Shown: piece after piece, positions 53,398 through 62,725 of the stretch | How the letters are laid out: the number at the start of each line of letters is the position of its first letter | Position numbering within the stretch: position 1 is the first letter of the stretch | Source of the DNA: a virus | Virus record (IMG/VR): IMGVR_UViG_3300046727_000675 | Coordinates: 1-64,000 of that record | Strand: one strand, 5' to 3' | DNA length: 64,000 nucleotides | Made by a program: the position numbers and the translations under genes | The notes under the pieces: model-generated | The model's input: only the letters and a program-made list of their open reading frames with translations | Database searches by the model: none | What the model was told of the DNA's origin: nothing

Positions 53398-54044
53398 GCG
53401 TCGCTCCCTGGAAGCAGCCGGAGGAAGTCCCCATCTATATGCTGAAGGACGGGCAGCGGTTCCGCCTGAACTTCCTGGACGTGGGATCCGACCGGGTCGT
53501 GACGGGCACGCTCATCAGCGTCAACAAGTGCTCGGCGCACGTGGCGCTCGACGGGACCGGCGTCCGGTCGTTCACGGCGCACGGGGAGGACGGCGAGGAG
53601 CGCGAGGTCACGATGCCGGGGCGGGCGCACGAGACGTACTGGGCGCCGAACGCGCTGGTCGAGCCGGTGGACGAGTTTGTACCGTTGGAGCAGTTCGCAG
53701 ACAAAGGAGGCCAAACAATGGCCAAGATCAAGAAGACACCGAAGGAGAAGAAGGCGAAGGAGCCGAAGCAGCTGCTGACCACGCGGTACGAGGTCACGGC
53801 GAAGTCGGCGGTGAACGCCGGGTACGCGGATCCGGAGAAGAAGACGCAGGCCGCGCTGATCTACCGCTTCGTGCGGGACGCGAAGACGCCCCCGACGTTC
53901 GCGGAGATCCTCGCCGGCATCGACAAGCGCAGCCTCAAGACGGAGTCCAAGAAGCTCGAGAACAACTTCCGCTGGTACATCAACGACCTGCGCAAGAAGG
54001 GGTTCGTCAAGTCCGTCGAGGAGCGCGAGCCCGCCGCCGCCTGA
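53394..54044 (+). CDS. Hypothetical protein with basic C-terminal wHTH-like domain (internal start at 53718)
   Basis: Internal AAAGGAGG and ATG (MAKIKKT...); domain resembles the methyltransferase C-terminus. Confidence 0.65.
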   Translation: MSVAPWKQPEEVPIYMLKDGQRFRLNFLDVGSDRVVTGTLISVNKCSAHVALDGTGVRSFTAHGEDGEEREVTMPGRAHETYWAPNALVEPVDEFVPLEQFADKGGQTMAKIKKTPKEKKAKEPKQLLTTRYEVTAKSAVNAGYADPEKKTQAALIYRFVRDAKTPPTFAEILAGIDKRSLKTESKKLENNFRWYINDLRKKGFVKSVEEREPAAA

Positions 54045-54108
54045 GCAGGATCGCGGCCCGCGGCAGGCTCCTTTATGAGGGGGGCCTGACGAGGCCCACG
54101 ATCCGACT

Positions 54109-54978
54109 ATGACCGGACACACCGCCGTCCCCGCGCCCGACCGCCGCGCGCTCGCGTCGTTCTGGGCGTTCGCGCTCGAGCGGCAGGCCGTCTGGCAGCG
54201 CCGCGCCCGCGGCCTGCCGCCGCCCTGGACCGACGACCCGGTCCTGCGCGCGCACAGGTTCACCAACATCTACCGGGAGCTCGACCGCGGCACGATCGCC
54301 GCGCACCGCTACTACGCCGCCGAGGCGCGCCGGGGGAGCCCGCGCGACCTCGCGTGGCGCGCCGTGTGCTTCCGGCTGTTCAACCGCGCCGCGACGCTCC
54401 AGGAGGTCGACTTCCCGTCGTGCGCCGCGTGGCCGCGGATGCGCCGCGGCGCGCTCGACGCGCTGCGGGCCAGGTCCGCCGCCGGCCGGCCGCTGTACAC
54501 GGGCGCCCACCAGGTGCGCGCGTGCACCGTGGACTGGGCCGGCGAGCTGCTCGACTCGGCGCACGCGTTCCTGCAGGGATGGGACTTCCGCGAGCGCGGC
54601 GCCGCCGCGTTCTACGCGGGCCTCAAGGAGGTCCGCTTCATGGGCGAGTTCCTCGGCCACCAGGTGTGCCGCGACCTCGCCGAGGAGGGCGCGCTCTCCG
54701 GCGGCCGCGACTGGTGCGTGGTCGGCCCCGGCGCGAGGGCCGGCCTGCGCCTGCTGTACGGCGCCGGCCTGCCGCGCGCCGCCGAGCCCGCCGCGATCGC
54801 GGCGCTGCTCGAGACGCAGTCGGTCCGCGCGCTCGTCGCCGCCGGAGGCCGCCGCATGCGGGCGCCGGAGGCGGAGCACGCGCTCTGCGAGTTCTTCAAG
54901 TACGACCGGATCCGGAGCAGCGCCGGCTTCGCGCGCACCAAGGGCGGCCCGTTCCGCCCGAGCGAGGAGCCGCTGTGA
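54109..54978 (+). CDS. aGPT-pyrophosphorylase / amino acid:DNA transferase-like protein (DNA base hypermodification)
   Basis: 'ERQAVW...PPPWTDDPVL...RFTNIYRELDRGT', 'FRLFN', 'GPGARAGL', 'EHALCEFFKY'. Confidence 0.8.
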   Translation: MTGHTAVPAPDRRALASFWAFALERQAVWQRRARGLPPPWTDDPVLRAHRFTNIYRELDRGTIAAHRYYAAEARRGSPRDLAWRAVCFRLFNRAATLQEVDFPSCAAWPRMRRGALDALRARSAAGRPLYTGAHQVRACTVDWAGELLDSAHAFLQGWDFRERGAAAFYAGLKEVRFMGEFLGHQVCRDLAEEGALSGGRDWCVVGPGARAGLRLLYGAGLPRAAEPAAIAALLETQSVRALVAAGGRRMRAPEAEHALCEFFKYDRIRSSAGFARTKGGPFRPSEEPL

Positions 54979-56453
54979 GGGTCATCGCCATCAACAGCTA
55001 CGCCGGATCGCTGCTGATCGCGGCGCGCATGGCCGGCGCCGAGGTCCTGTGGTCGCTCGAGGACCACGGCTACGCGAGGGAGACGCAGCGCGCCAACTTC
55101 CCGGGCGTGCCGTACCGGGCGGAGCCGCCCTGGCCCGACGAGGACCTGGCCGACGTCCCGGTCATCGCGCACCCGCCGTGCGCCGCGTTCTCCGTGCAGA
55201 ACACCGGCGCGCGCCAGGCCGCGTCCCGCGGCGTCGAGGGCGGCCACTTCAAGAGCACGAAGGCCGTCGTCGACTACGCGGTCGGCCGCGGCTCGCCGGC
55301 CGTGATGATCGAGTCGGTGCCCGGCGCCTACGAGGGCACGCGCGGGTTCTACGACGGCATCGCGGCGGCGTCCGGGTACGGCGTCTACAGGATCCTGCAG
55401 AACGCCGCTGCGTTCGGCGTCCCGCAGTGGCGGCCGCGGTTCTGGTGCGTGCTGCTGCGCCCGGACCTCGCGGCGCGGCCGTTCGTCGTGCACCACCGGC
55501 CGGAGATGCGCACCGTCGCCGAGATACTCGAAGGCATCGATCCCGATGGCCCGGCCGTGAAGGCCGTCGTGCACGACTTCGACCGCACGGTCCGATCGCT
55601 TCGCGCCGCCGGCATCGCCGATGACGAGGCGGCCGCGCTGCTGCGCGGCGAGCACGGATATGGCCACCTGCACCGCGGCCTGCGAGCCGGCTTCGGCGTA
55701 AAGCTCACGACCGAGAACCGCACCGCGACGCTAAAGAAGTACGTGGGCATCAGCTTCAACTCCCAGATACCGCACATCCTGGACCCGACCGGCTCCTGCG
55801 CGACGCTCATCAGGACGAGCATCTGGATACACAACGAGCGGCCGCTGCCGGCCGCCGGCTACTGCCGTCTGATGGGCTACCCCGACGGCTACGTCTTCAG
55901 GCCGGAGTCGGAGCGCCTCGCGCTCCTGTCCCGCGGCGTCGTGCCGGCGGTCGCGGCATGGCTGCTCGACACGGTCCGCCGCCACCTCGAGGACCGGCCG
56001 CCGGACTCCGTCGAATACGGCGACTTCCTGTTCAACATGAAGCCGGGAGACACGGCGAACATGCTCATCACCGACGACGAGTTCCGGCAGACGAAACTGG
56101 ACATGGAGTCGCGCGACTCGCACGAGGATACGGCGAAGCGAGAACGATCGCCGCGCGCCGCGAGGCAGGCCGCGGCGCCGCGCGAGCCGCGCATCGGCGC
56201 CAGGTGGCGGCTCGCGAAGATCCCGGCGGCTCGCATGGAGTACGTGCGGAAGCTTATGTCGAGGGACTGCCGCACGCACAACGCGGCAGTGGCGAAGGCG
56301 CTCTCCGGCGAGCGCGGCGGGATCGCGTTCGACGAGATCATGGCCCGCGCAAGGGCCGACGGCTGGGAGACGACCAGCCCGAACCCGAGGGGCATCCTCA
56401 AGTGGCACCTGGACCTGCTGCGTAAGATGGGGATCGTGGAGGAGGCGAAGTGA
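54975..56453 (+). CDS. Divergent C5-cytosine DNA methyltransferase with C-terminal wHTH-like domain
   Basis: Motif IV 'HPPCAAFS', VI 'IESVPG', VIII 'FGVPQWRPRFW', IX 'RLMGYPD', X 'SRGVVP'. Confidence 0.75.
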   Translation: MRVIAINSYAGSLLIAARMAGAEVLWSLEDHGYARETQRANFPGVPYRAEPPWPDEDLADVPVIAHPPCAAFSVQNTGARQAASRGVEGGHFKSTKAVVDYAVGRGSPAVMIESVPGAYEGTRGFYDGIAAASGYGVYRILQNAAAFGVPQWRPRFWCVLLRPDLAARPFVVHHRPEMRTVAEILEGIDPDGPAVKAVVHDFDRTVRSLRAAGIADDEAAALLRGEHGYGHLHRGLRAGFGVKLTTENRTATLKKYVGISFNSQIPHILDPTGSCATLIRTSIWIHNERPLPAAGYCRLMGYPDGYVFRPESERLALLSRGVVPAVAAWLLDTVRRHLEDRPPDSVEYGDFLFNMKPGDTANMLITDDEFRQTKLDMESRDSHEDTAKRERSPRAARQAAAPREPRIGARWRLAKIPAARMEYVRKLMSRDCRTHNAAVAKALSGERGGIAFDEIMARARADGWETTSPNPRGILKWHLDLLRKMGIVEEAK

Positions 56454-56800
56454 CGCGGTCCGAGATCATGTCGCGGATCCGGTCGGTCAGCGCGCTCGAG
56501 GCCGAGGCCCGGCCGATCGCGTCCCGCCGCGCGGGCTGCCGGCTGCGGCACCAGCCGAAGGGGATCCACGGCCGCCCGGACTACGCGAACAAGGCGAGGC
56601 TCACCGCGGTGTTCGTCCACGGCTGCTGGTGGCACCGCTGCCCCGCGCACTTCAAGGCGCCGAAAACAAACAGGAAATTCTGGGCAAGGAAGTTCGCGCG
56701 GAACGTCGCGCGGCACCGCGAGGTGTCCCGCGCGCTGCGGCGCCGCGGGTGGCGCGTCTTGACGATATGGGAGCACGAGGTAAGGGGGAGGAAGCCGTGA
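56450..56800 (+). CDS. vsr: Very-short-patch repair endonuclease
   Basis: 'RSEIMSRIRS', 'GRPD', 'FVHGCWWHRC', 'FW..K..RNV.R', 'GWRVLTIWE'. Confidence 0.9.
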   Translation: MTRSEIMSRIRSVSALEAEARPIASRRAGCRLRHQPKGIHGRPDYANKARLTAVFVHGCWWHRCPAHFKAPKTNRKFWARKFARNVARHREVSRALRRRGWRVLTIWEHEVRGRKP

Positions 56801-57717
56801 AGACGATCGTACTCGAGGGGCCCGACGGGAGTGGCAAGACGACGCTCGCGGCCGCGCTCGAGAGGCTCGGCTACGCCCGCGCGCACCGCGGGGTCCCGAA
56901 GCCGGGCCTGACCCCGGAGGGGATGATGTGGACGTACCTCGCGCCGCTGCTGCCGGCGCGGGGGAGCGACGGCCTGCGGGTGTTCGACCGCCTGCACCTC
57001 GGAGAGACCGTGTACGGCCCCGTCATGCGCGGCGGCTCGCAGCTCACGGAGCTGGGCGCGGCGCTCATCGACTCGTACGTCGAGGCGATCGACGGGCAGG
57101 TCGTCGTGTGCCTGCCGCCGTGGCGGTTCGTGCTCGCGAACTGGCTGCGCACCAAGAAGGACCAGTACGTGCGGACGCCGCGGCAGCTGCTGCGGATATA
57201 CCAGGGCTACCAGCGGCTGCTGTTCGGCGCGAAAAAGAACCGCGACTACCTCCACTTCGACTACACGCGGCACGGGGCGGCGACGGTCGCGGCCGCGCTG
57301 CGGGCGCTCTCCGGGTTCCCGCTGCCCGCGGACTGCGCCGGCTCGCAGCGGCCGCGGTTCGTCTTCGTCGGGGACCGCGCCGGGCGCGACGGACCCGACC
57401 TCCCGTTCATGTCGTGCGACGGGCCGGCCGGCTGGCTCCACGGGTGCCTCGCCGACGCCGGCTACCAGTGGCACGAGACCGCGTTCGCCAACGCGCTCGA
57501 CCCCGGCGGGCTCCCGCACAACCTGTCGCAGCTCGCGACGCGGTTTCCGGCGCGGCCGAGGTTCGTGGCGCTCGGCGCCGAGGCCGACCGCGGGCTGAAC
57601 GCGGCGCTGATCGAGCACCACGCGCTGGGGCACCCGCGGGACGCGGCCGGGAGCAGGGGACGCGCGCGGTACGTGCGCGCGCTGGCGGACATCCGCCGGG
57701 GGACGAGGACGCGATGA
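56797..57717 (+). CDS. P-loop dNMP kinase fused to a UDG-like domain
   Basis: 'IVLEGPDGSGKTT', 'FDR.HLGE.VYGP'; C-terminal 'VFVGDRAG', 'VALG..A', 'LGHP'. Confidence 0.7.
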   Translation: MKTIVLEGPDGSGKTTLAAALERLGYARAHRGVPKPGLTPEGMMWTYLAPLLPARGSDGLRVFDRLHLGETVYGPVMRGGSQLTELGAALIDSYVEAIDGQVVVCLPPWRFVLANWLRTKKDQYVRTPRQLLRIYQGYQRLLFGAKKNRDYLHFDYTRHGAATVAAALRALSGFPLPADCAGSQRPRFVFVGDRAGRDGPDLPFMSCDGPAGWLHGCLADAGYQWHETAFANALDPGGLPHNLSQLATRFPARPRFVALGAEADRGLNAALIEHHALGHPRDAAGSRGRARYVRALADIRRGTRTR

Positions 57718-57914
57718 TGGAAAAATACGGAAACATAGTGGTGATGGCGCCGTTCATTTTATTTTGGCTTTGTATGATGTTTGAGCGTCTTCCCGCGCGC
57801 TGTTGCTACTGCCGGCGGTGGAGTTGGATGTTCAAGATGCAGGACGTAGTATTTTCAGGAAACGGACCTGAGTCTTGCGAGGCGGGACGTTGCCATCCTG
57901 GATGCGCGCGATGA
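57714..57914 (+). CDS. Small Cys-rich membrane protein (lower GC)
   Basis: Coupled ATGA overlaps at both ends. Confidence 0.45.
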   Translation: MMEKYGNIVVMAPFILFWLCMMFERLPARCCYCRRWSWMFKMQDVVFSGNGPESCEAGRCHPGCAR

Positions 57915-58786
57915 TCATCCGGGGCGGGGACGTCTACGAGGCGTGGCGGCAGCTGCTGTGGCAGCTCACGGTGAACGGCCGCGAGGTGTCGCCGCGCGGG
58001 CTCGCGACCAAGGAGATTCTCGGGGTGCAGCTCCGCATCGACGACGCCTACCACAACATCATCGCCGACCCGGTTCGGAGGCTCAACTTCCGCTTCCTCG
58101 TGGCCGAGATGATCTGGATGGCGGCGGGGCTCGACGACCTCGCGCCGCTGACGCGCTACAACAGGGAGATGGCGAAGTTCTCGGACGACGGCGCGAGGCT
58201 CGCCGGCGCCTACGGGCCGCGGCTCGCGCAGCAGTGGACCTACGTCGTCGACACGCTGCTGTACGACGCAAGCTCGCGCGGCGCGGTGAGCGGAATCTGG
58301 CGCTGGCCGCAGGGGCGGTCGAAGGACGTCCCGTGCACGCTTTCCATGCAGTGGCTCATCCGCGCCGGGCTCCTCGAGACGATCGTGACGATGCGCAGCT
58401 CCGACGCCTGGCTCGGGATCCCGTACGACGTGGCCTCGTTCACCTTCCTCTCGAACCTGCTCTGCTGCTCGCTGAACGAGACGCGCCCCGAGCTGAACCT
58501 GCGGCTGGGCGGCCTCATCATGAACCTCGGCTCGTCGCACCTCTACGGGCCGAACTGGGAGGCCGCGTACAAGATCGCGGACCTGGGGCTCGGCCGCTCC
58601 GTCAAGAGCCCCCCGATCATCGAGTCGGCGCCGCTCGCGGCCGTCGCGCAGAGCCTGGTGAACGACGCCGATCCCGCGTGGGACCTGCTGGAGGGCCCGT
58701 GGCTGTCGTGGGCGCGCTGCCTGCGGGCCGGCACCAGCGAGAAGGCGCGGGTCATCCTCGAGGAGCTGGAGGACGGCCGTGCGTGA
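57911..58786 (+). CDS. Thymidylate synthase superfamily protein (Asp variant; dCMP (hydroxy)methylase-like)
   Basis: 'GAYGPR', 'DVPCT', 'MRSSDAWLGIPYD', 'SSHLY'. Confidence 0.85.
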   Translation: MIIRGGDVYEAWRQLLWQLTVNGREVSPRGLATKEILGVQLRIDDAYHNIIADPVRRLNFRFLVAEMIWMAAGLDDLAPLTRYNREMAKFSDDGARLAGAYGPRLAQQWTYVVDTLLYDASSRGAVSGIWRWPQGRSKDVPCTLSMQWLIRAGLLETIVTMRSSDAWLGIPYDVASFTFLSNLLCCSLNETRPELNLRLGGLIMNLGSSHLYGPNWEAAYKIADLGLGRSVKSPPIIESAPLAAVAQSLVNDADPAWDLLEGPWLSWARCLRAGTSEKARVILEELEDGRA

Positions 58787-59237
58787 GAGCCGCGAGGCGT
58801 ACTTCGTCAAGATGCTGGGGCTCGTCGCCGCGCGCTCGACCTGCGCGCGGCGCGCGGTCGGGGCGATCATCACCGACGTCCAGGGCCACGTGCTGTCGAT
58901 GGGCTACAACGGCGTGCCGTCCGGGGTCGCTCACTGCGTGGCCGGCGAGCGCACGTGCGACGGCTTCCAGGACCCGAAGGGCGACGTCCGGCGGTGCCTC
59001 GCGGTGCACGCCGAGCAGAACGCGCTGCTGCAGTGCTCGCGGCTGGACCTGGCGCACACGGTCTACGTCAGCTGCACGCCGTGCTTCGCGTGCGCGAAGA
59101 TGATCCTGAACACGCCGATCGCGCGCGTCGTCGCCGTCGCGCCGTACGTCGGCGACGACCTCGGGCAGGAGCTGCTGGTGAGACGGGAGAGGCTTTTCTA
59201 CTATGACGCAGACGCAGACCTCGCTGTCCTTTACTGA
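58779..59237 (+). CDS. dCMP deaminase
   Basis: 'RSTC.RR.VGA', 'GYNG', 'HAEQNA', 'PCFAC'. Confidence 0.92.
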   Translation: MRESREAYFVKMLGLVAARSTCARRAVGAIITDVQGHVLSMGYNGVPSGVAHCVAGERTCDGFQDPKGDVRRCLAVHAEQNALLQCSRLDLAHTVYVSCTPCFACAKMILNTPIARVVAVAPYVGDDLGQELLVRRERLFYYDADADLAVLY

Positions 59238-61068
59238 CGGGACAAGCTTCGGCCCCGCCGGGGACCGCGGACCGCGGCGCCAGGGGTCGGGGCTGAGGCC
59301 CGACGCGCTGCCGGACCAGTTCCCGGAGGGCGCGTGGCCCGCGATCGACGTGGAGTCGGACGGGCTCGGCCGCGACGCGCTGCCGGTCGGCATCGTCGTC
59401 GCGACGGCCGACGAGTCGCGCTACTTCCCGTTCGGGCACGCGGAGGGGCGGCAGCATGACCCGAAGGCCGTGCGCGTGTGGTGCGAGGAGCACCTGGCCG
59501 GCGAGGACCTGATCTTCCGCAACGCGAAGGGCGACCTCGACTGGCTGCGCCGGTGGGGGCTCGACCTCGAGGCGCTCGGCGCGCGGCCGCACGAGATCCA
59601 GCACCCCGCCGCGCTGCTCGACGACCGCCGCCGCAAGTTCAAGCTCGAGGACCTGGCGCAGGACCGCCTGGGCCGCGGCAAGCTGGCGCCGCCGCCGGGC
59701 AAGATCCACGAGTTGCCGGCCGACGTGGTCGCGCCGTACGCGCGCGAGGACGGGCGTCTGACCCGCGAGTGCTGGTTCAGCTACCTGCCGGACATCGAGC
59801 GCGAGGGGCTCGGCGAGGTGCTGGCGCTCGAGGACGGCTTGATCTGGTCGACCATGGCGATGGAGCGCGCCATGGCGCCGATCGACGCGCCGAAGCTCGA
59901 GCGGTGGATAGCCGAGGTGACGGCCGAGCACCAGAAGCGGCTGATGGACATCTGGCGCCTGACCAAGTTGCGCGTGAACCCGGACTCGGGCCGGGACATG
60001 CGCAAGTTCTTACAGAACTTCGGCGTCGCGCACACGGGCTTCACGACCGAGAAGGGGAACGAGGCCTTCACCGAGGAAGCGCTGCTGCGCCACTCGGGAC
60101 GCTATGAAGGAGACGGAAAAGATCGAAGATGGGTTATCACGAACCCGGCGGTCCACGCCGCGCTCGAGGCGCGGCAGCTCGCGTCGCTGCTCTCGAAGTA
60201 CCTGCTGAAATACCGGGACGCGCTGCTGCCCGGCGGCCTCCTGCCGTACCAGCTGCACCAGCTGCGCGGCGACGAGAACGGCACGATCACCGGGCGCTAC
60301 GCGTCGTCGAAGGTGAACATCCAGCAGGTCTACAAGCCGGATAAGCAGCCGGCCCTGACGCAGCGGTGGGTCATCCGCGAGCTGTTCCTCGCCGGCGAGG
60401 GCGCGGACCTGCTCGACGCCGACGCGAGCCAGATCGAGTACCGGCTGTTCGCGCACAACTCGTCGGTGCCGCCGCCGCACTCGACGCGCCTCATCGAGGC
60501 CTACAACGACGACCCGGACACGGACTTCCACCAGCTCGTGACCGACGAGATCCTGCAGAACGTAATGGAGCGCGTGTACGCGAAGAACTGGAACTTCCGC
60601 AAGCTCTACGGCGGCGGCGTGGCCAAGTCGGCCGCGATGACGGGTCTTCCGCTCGAGCGGTGCAAGGAGATGGACGCGCAGTACGACCGCCGCTTCCCCG
60701 AGGCCACGCGCCTGCTGCGCTTCTGCGAGCGGCTCGCCGAGCGGCGCGGGTACGTGAAAACGATCTCCGGCCGGCGGTCGCGCTTCCAGGAGGGCGACCG
60801 GTTCTACAAGGCGCTGAACTCGGTGCTGCAGGGGTCAGCGGCGGACATCATGAAGAAGAAGATCCTGCGGCTGTACAACGAGCGCAAGACCCTCGAGATC
60901 GTCCTGCGCGCGACGGTGCACGACGAGGTGTGGGGCGATCGAAAAAATAAGAGCAAGAAGTCAGCGAGGCTGCTCGAAGAGTGCTTCGCCGTGCAGGAGT
61001 ACAAGCTCAACGTGCCGATCACGTGGAGCATCGGCTACGGCAAGAACTGGGCGGAGGCGATGACGTGA
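59203..61068 (+). CDS. DNA polymerase family A with 3'-5' exonuclease
   Basis: Exo motifs 'IDVES', 'NAKGD', 'YARED'; 'TITGRYASS..NIQQ'; motif A 'DASQIEYR', motif B 'KNWNFRKLYG', motif C 'VHDEV'. Confidence 0.95.
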   Translation: MTQTQTSLSFTDGTSFGPAGDRGPRRQGSGLRPDALPDQFPEGAWPAIDVESDGLGRDALPVGIVVATADESRYFPFGHAEGRQHDPKAVRVWCEEHLAGEDLIFRNAKGDLDWLRRWGLDLEALGARPHEIQHPAALLDDRRRKFKLEDLAQDRLGRGKLAPPPGKIHELPADVVAPYAREDGRLTRECWFSYLPDIEREGLGEVLALEDGLIWSTMAMERAMAPIDAPKLERWIAEVTAEHQKRLMDIWRLTKLRVNPDSGRDMRKFLQNFGVAHTGFTTEKGNEAFTEEALLRHSGRYEGDGKDRRWVITNPAVHAALEARQLASLLSKYLLKYRDALLPGGLLPYQLHQLRGDENGTITGRYASSKVNIQQVYKPDKQPALTQRWVIRELFLAGEGADLLDADASQIEYRLFAHNSSVPPPHSTRLIEAYNDDPDTDFHQLVTDEILQNVMERVYAKNWNFRKLYGGGVAKSAAMTGLPLERCKEMDAQYDRRFPEATRLLRFCERLAERRGYVKTISGRRSRFQEGDRFYKALNSVLQGSAADIMKKKILRLYNERKTLEIVLRATVHDEVWGDRKNKSKKSARLLEECFAVQEYKLNVPITWSIGYGKNWAEAMT

Positions 61069-61221
61069 CACGGCTTAGGCTTAAGAAGATAAAATGTCTC
61101 TCTGCCCGCAAGAACCGGCGCGGCGGCGCGTGCGTTTGCCGGCGCGAAGTGTCCCATGACGGCGATTGCCGGTGCTCGCGCTGCAAAAAAACATGGAATA
61201 GAAAGAGAGGAACAAACTGAC

Positions 61222-62493
61222 ATGGCGACAGAACCCCTGATCAACTGCCCGAAGTGCGGCGCCGAGATCGCGGTGACCGAGGCCCTCGCGGGCCCGATCG
61301 TCAAGCGGCTCGAGGCCGAGACGAAGAAGAAGCTCGACCTGCAGGCCGACGCGCTGAAGAAGCGCGAGCAGGCGCTCGCGGCGGGCGAGGCGGCCGTCGA
61401 GCAGACGGTGCGGCAGCGGCTCGCGGCCGAGTCCCAGCGCGTCGAGGCCGGGCTGCGCGCGGAGATCAGCGGCGAGCTCGGCGCGTCGTACGAGAAGTCG
61501 AAGAAGCTCGCCGAGGACGCGCTCGCCGCGGAGCGCCGGCGGGCCGAGGGCCGCGAGGCCGAGCTGCGCGGGCTGACGGCGAAGCTCGCCGAGGCCCAGG
61601 AGGCGCAGGCCGGGGCGGAGCGGGCCCGGCGCGACTTCGAGGAGAAGACGCGCGAGCTGAACCTCACCGTGGAGCGCCGCGTCACCGAGGAAGCCGACCG
61701 GCTGCGGTCGCGGCTCACGGAGGAGATCACCGGCGCCGAGCGGACGAAGCTCGCCGAGAAGCAGCACACGATCGACCAGATGGCGTCGCAGATCGAAGAC
61801 CTGAAGAAGCGCGCCGAGCAGGGCAGCCAGCAGCTGCAGGGCGAGGCCCAGGAGCTCGTGCTCGAGTCGGACCTTCGCCTGGCGTTCCCGACCGACGAGG
61901 TCGAGCCGGTCGGCAAGGGCGTCCACGGCGCCGACTGCGTGCAGCGCGTGGTCACGGTCGCTGGCGCCGCGGGCAGGATCCTGTGGGAGTCGAAGCGCAC
62001 GAAGAACTGGGGGCCGGATTGGCTCGCGAAGCTGCGCGACGACTGGCGGAGCTCGGGCGCCGACGTGGCGGTGATCGTGTCGCAGGCGCTGCCGGAGGGG
62101 GTCGCGACGTTTGCGCTGGTCGAGGGCGTCTGGGTGTGCGCCCCGGCCTACGCGGTGCCTCTGGCCGCCGCGCTGCGCCAGGCCATCACGGGGATCGCGA
62201 AGGCGCGCGCGGCGCAGGCCGGTCAGCGCACGAAGGCGGAGCTCGTCTACGCGTACCTGACCGGCGACGGCTTCCGCCACCGGATCGAGGCGATCGTCGA
62301 GCGGTTCGGCGGGCTGCGCGAGGACCTGGAGAAGGAGGAGAAATTCATGACCAAGCAGTTCGCGAAGCGGCGCGAGACGCTGGCGCAGGCCGTGACGAGC
62401 CTCGGCGGCCTCTACGGCGACTTGGAGGGCATCGCCGGCGCGGCGGTCGCCGAGCTCCCGGCGCTGTCGCTCGGGACGGGGGAGGAATCATAA
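61222..62493 (+). CDS. DUF2130-like coiled-coil protein
   Basis: 'CPKCG', long coiled coil, 'GSQQLQGEAQEL', 'ILWESKRTKNW'. Confidence 0.8.
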   Translation: MATEPLINCPKCGAEIAVTEALAGPIVKRLEAETKKKLDLQADALKKREQALAAGEAAVEQTVRQRLAAESQRVEAGLRAEISGELGASYEKSKKLAEDALAAERRRAEGREAELRGLTAKLAEAQEAQAGAERARRDFEEKTRELNLTVERRVTEEADRLRSRLTEEITGAERTKLAEKQHTIDQMASQIEDLKKRAEQGSQQLQGEAQELVLESDLRLAFPTDEVEPVGKGVHGADCVQRVVTVAGAAGRILWESKRTKNWGPDWLAKLRDDWRSSGADVAVIVSQALPEGVATFALVEGVWVCAPAYAVPLAAALRQAITGIAKARAAQAGQRTKAELVYAYLTGDGFRHRIEAIVERFGGLREDLEKEEKFMTKQFAKRRETLAQAVTSLGGLYGDLEGIAGAAVAELPALSLGTGEES

Positions 62494-62494
62494 T

Positions 62495-62725
62495 ATGGAG
62501 AAAAAGTGGAGATTCAAACGGTGGTATCCCAAGACAATCGGTGGGAAGATTATTCTGACGGGCAGGGTAACCGCCACGCCGTGCTTGGGGCGAACCGTTC
62601 TGTGGATGACCGCCGGAGGTCTGAATACCCATTTCAAATTTGAGCTTCCTGTGTCTTCGCGTCACTTTCGGCATGGCGACACGGTGACCATCGTGGTGTC
62701 GCGCGATCGCAGGAGAAAAAGATGA
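62495..62725 (+). CDS. Hypothetical protein (lower GC)
   Basis: GGAGG RBS; coupled to the next ORF. Confidence 0.5.
   Translation: MEKKWRFKRWYPKTIGGKIILTGRVTATPCLGRTVLWMTAGGLNTHFKFELPVSSRHFRHGDTVTIVVSRDRRRKR

Noticed and set aside
54975-56800. Restriction-modification system
   Set aside because: The nuclease next to the methyltransferase has Vsr repair motifs; no restriction endonuclease was recognised.
2177-62280. Many long minus-strand and alternative-frame ORFs (for example 8357-10180, 16507-18315, 20710-23292, 40223-42940)
   Set aside because: They are Arg/Pro/Ala-rich shadows of real + strand genes, expected at this GC content, with no recognisable motifs.
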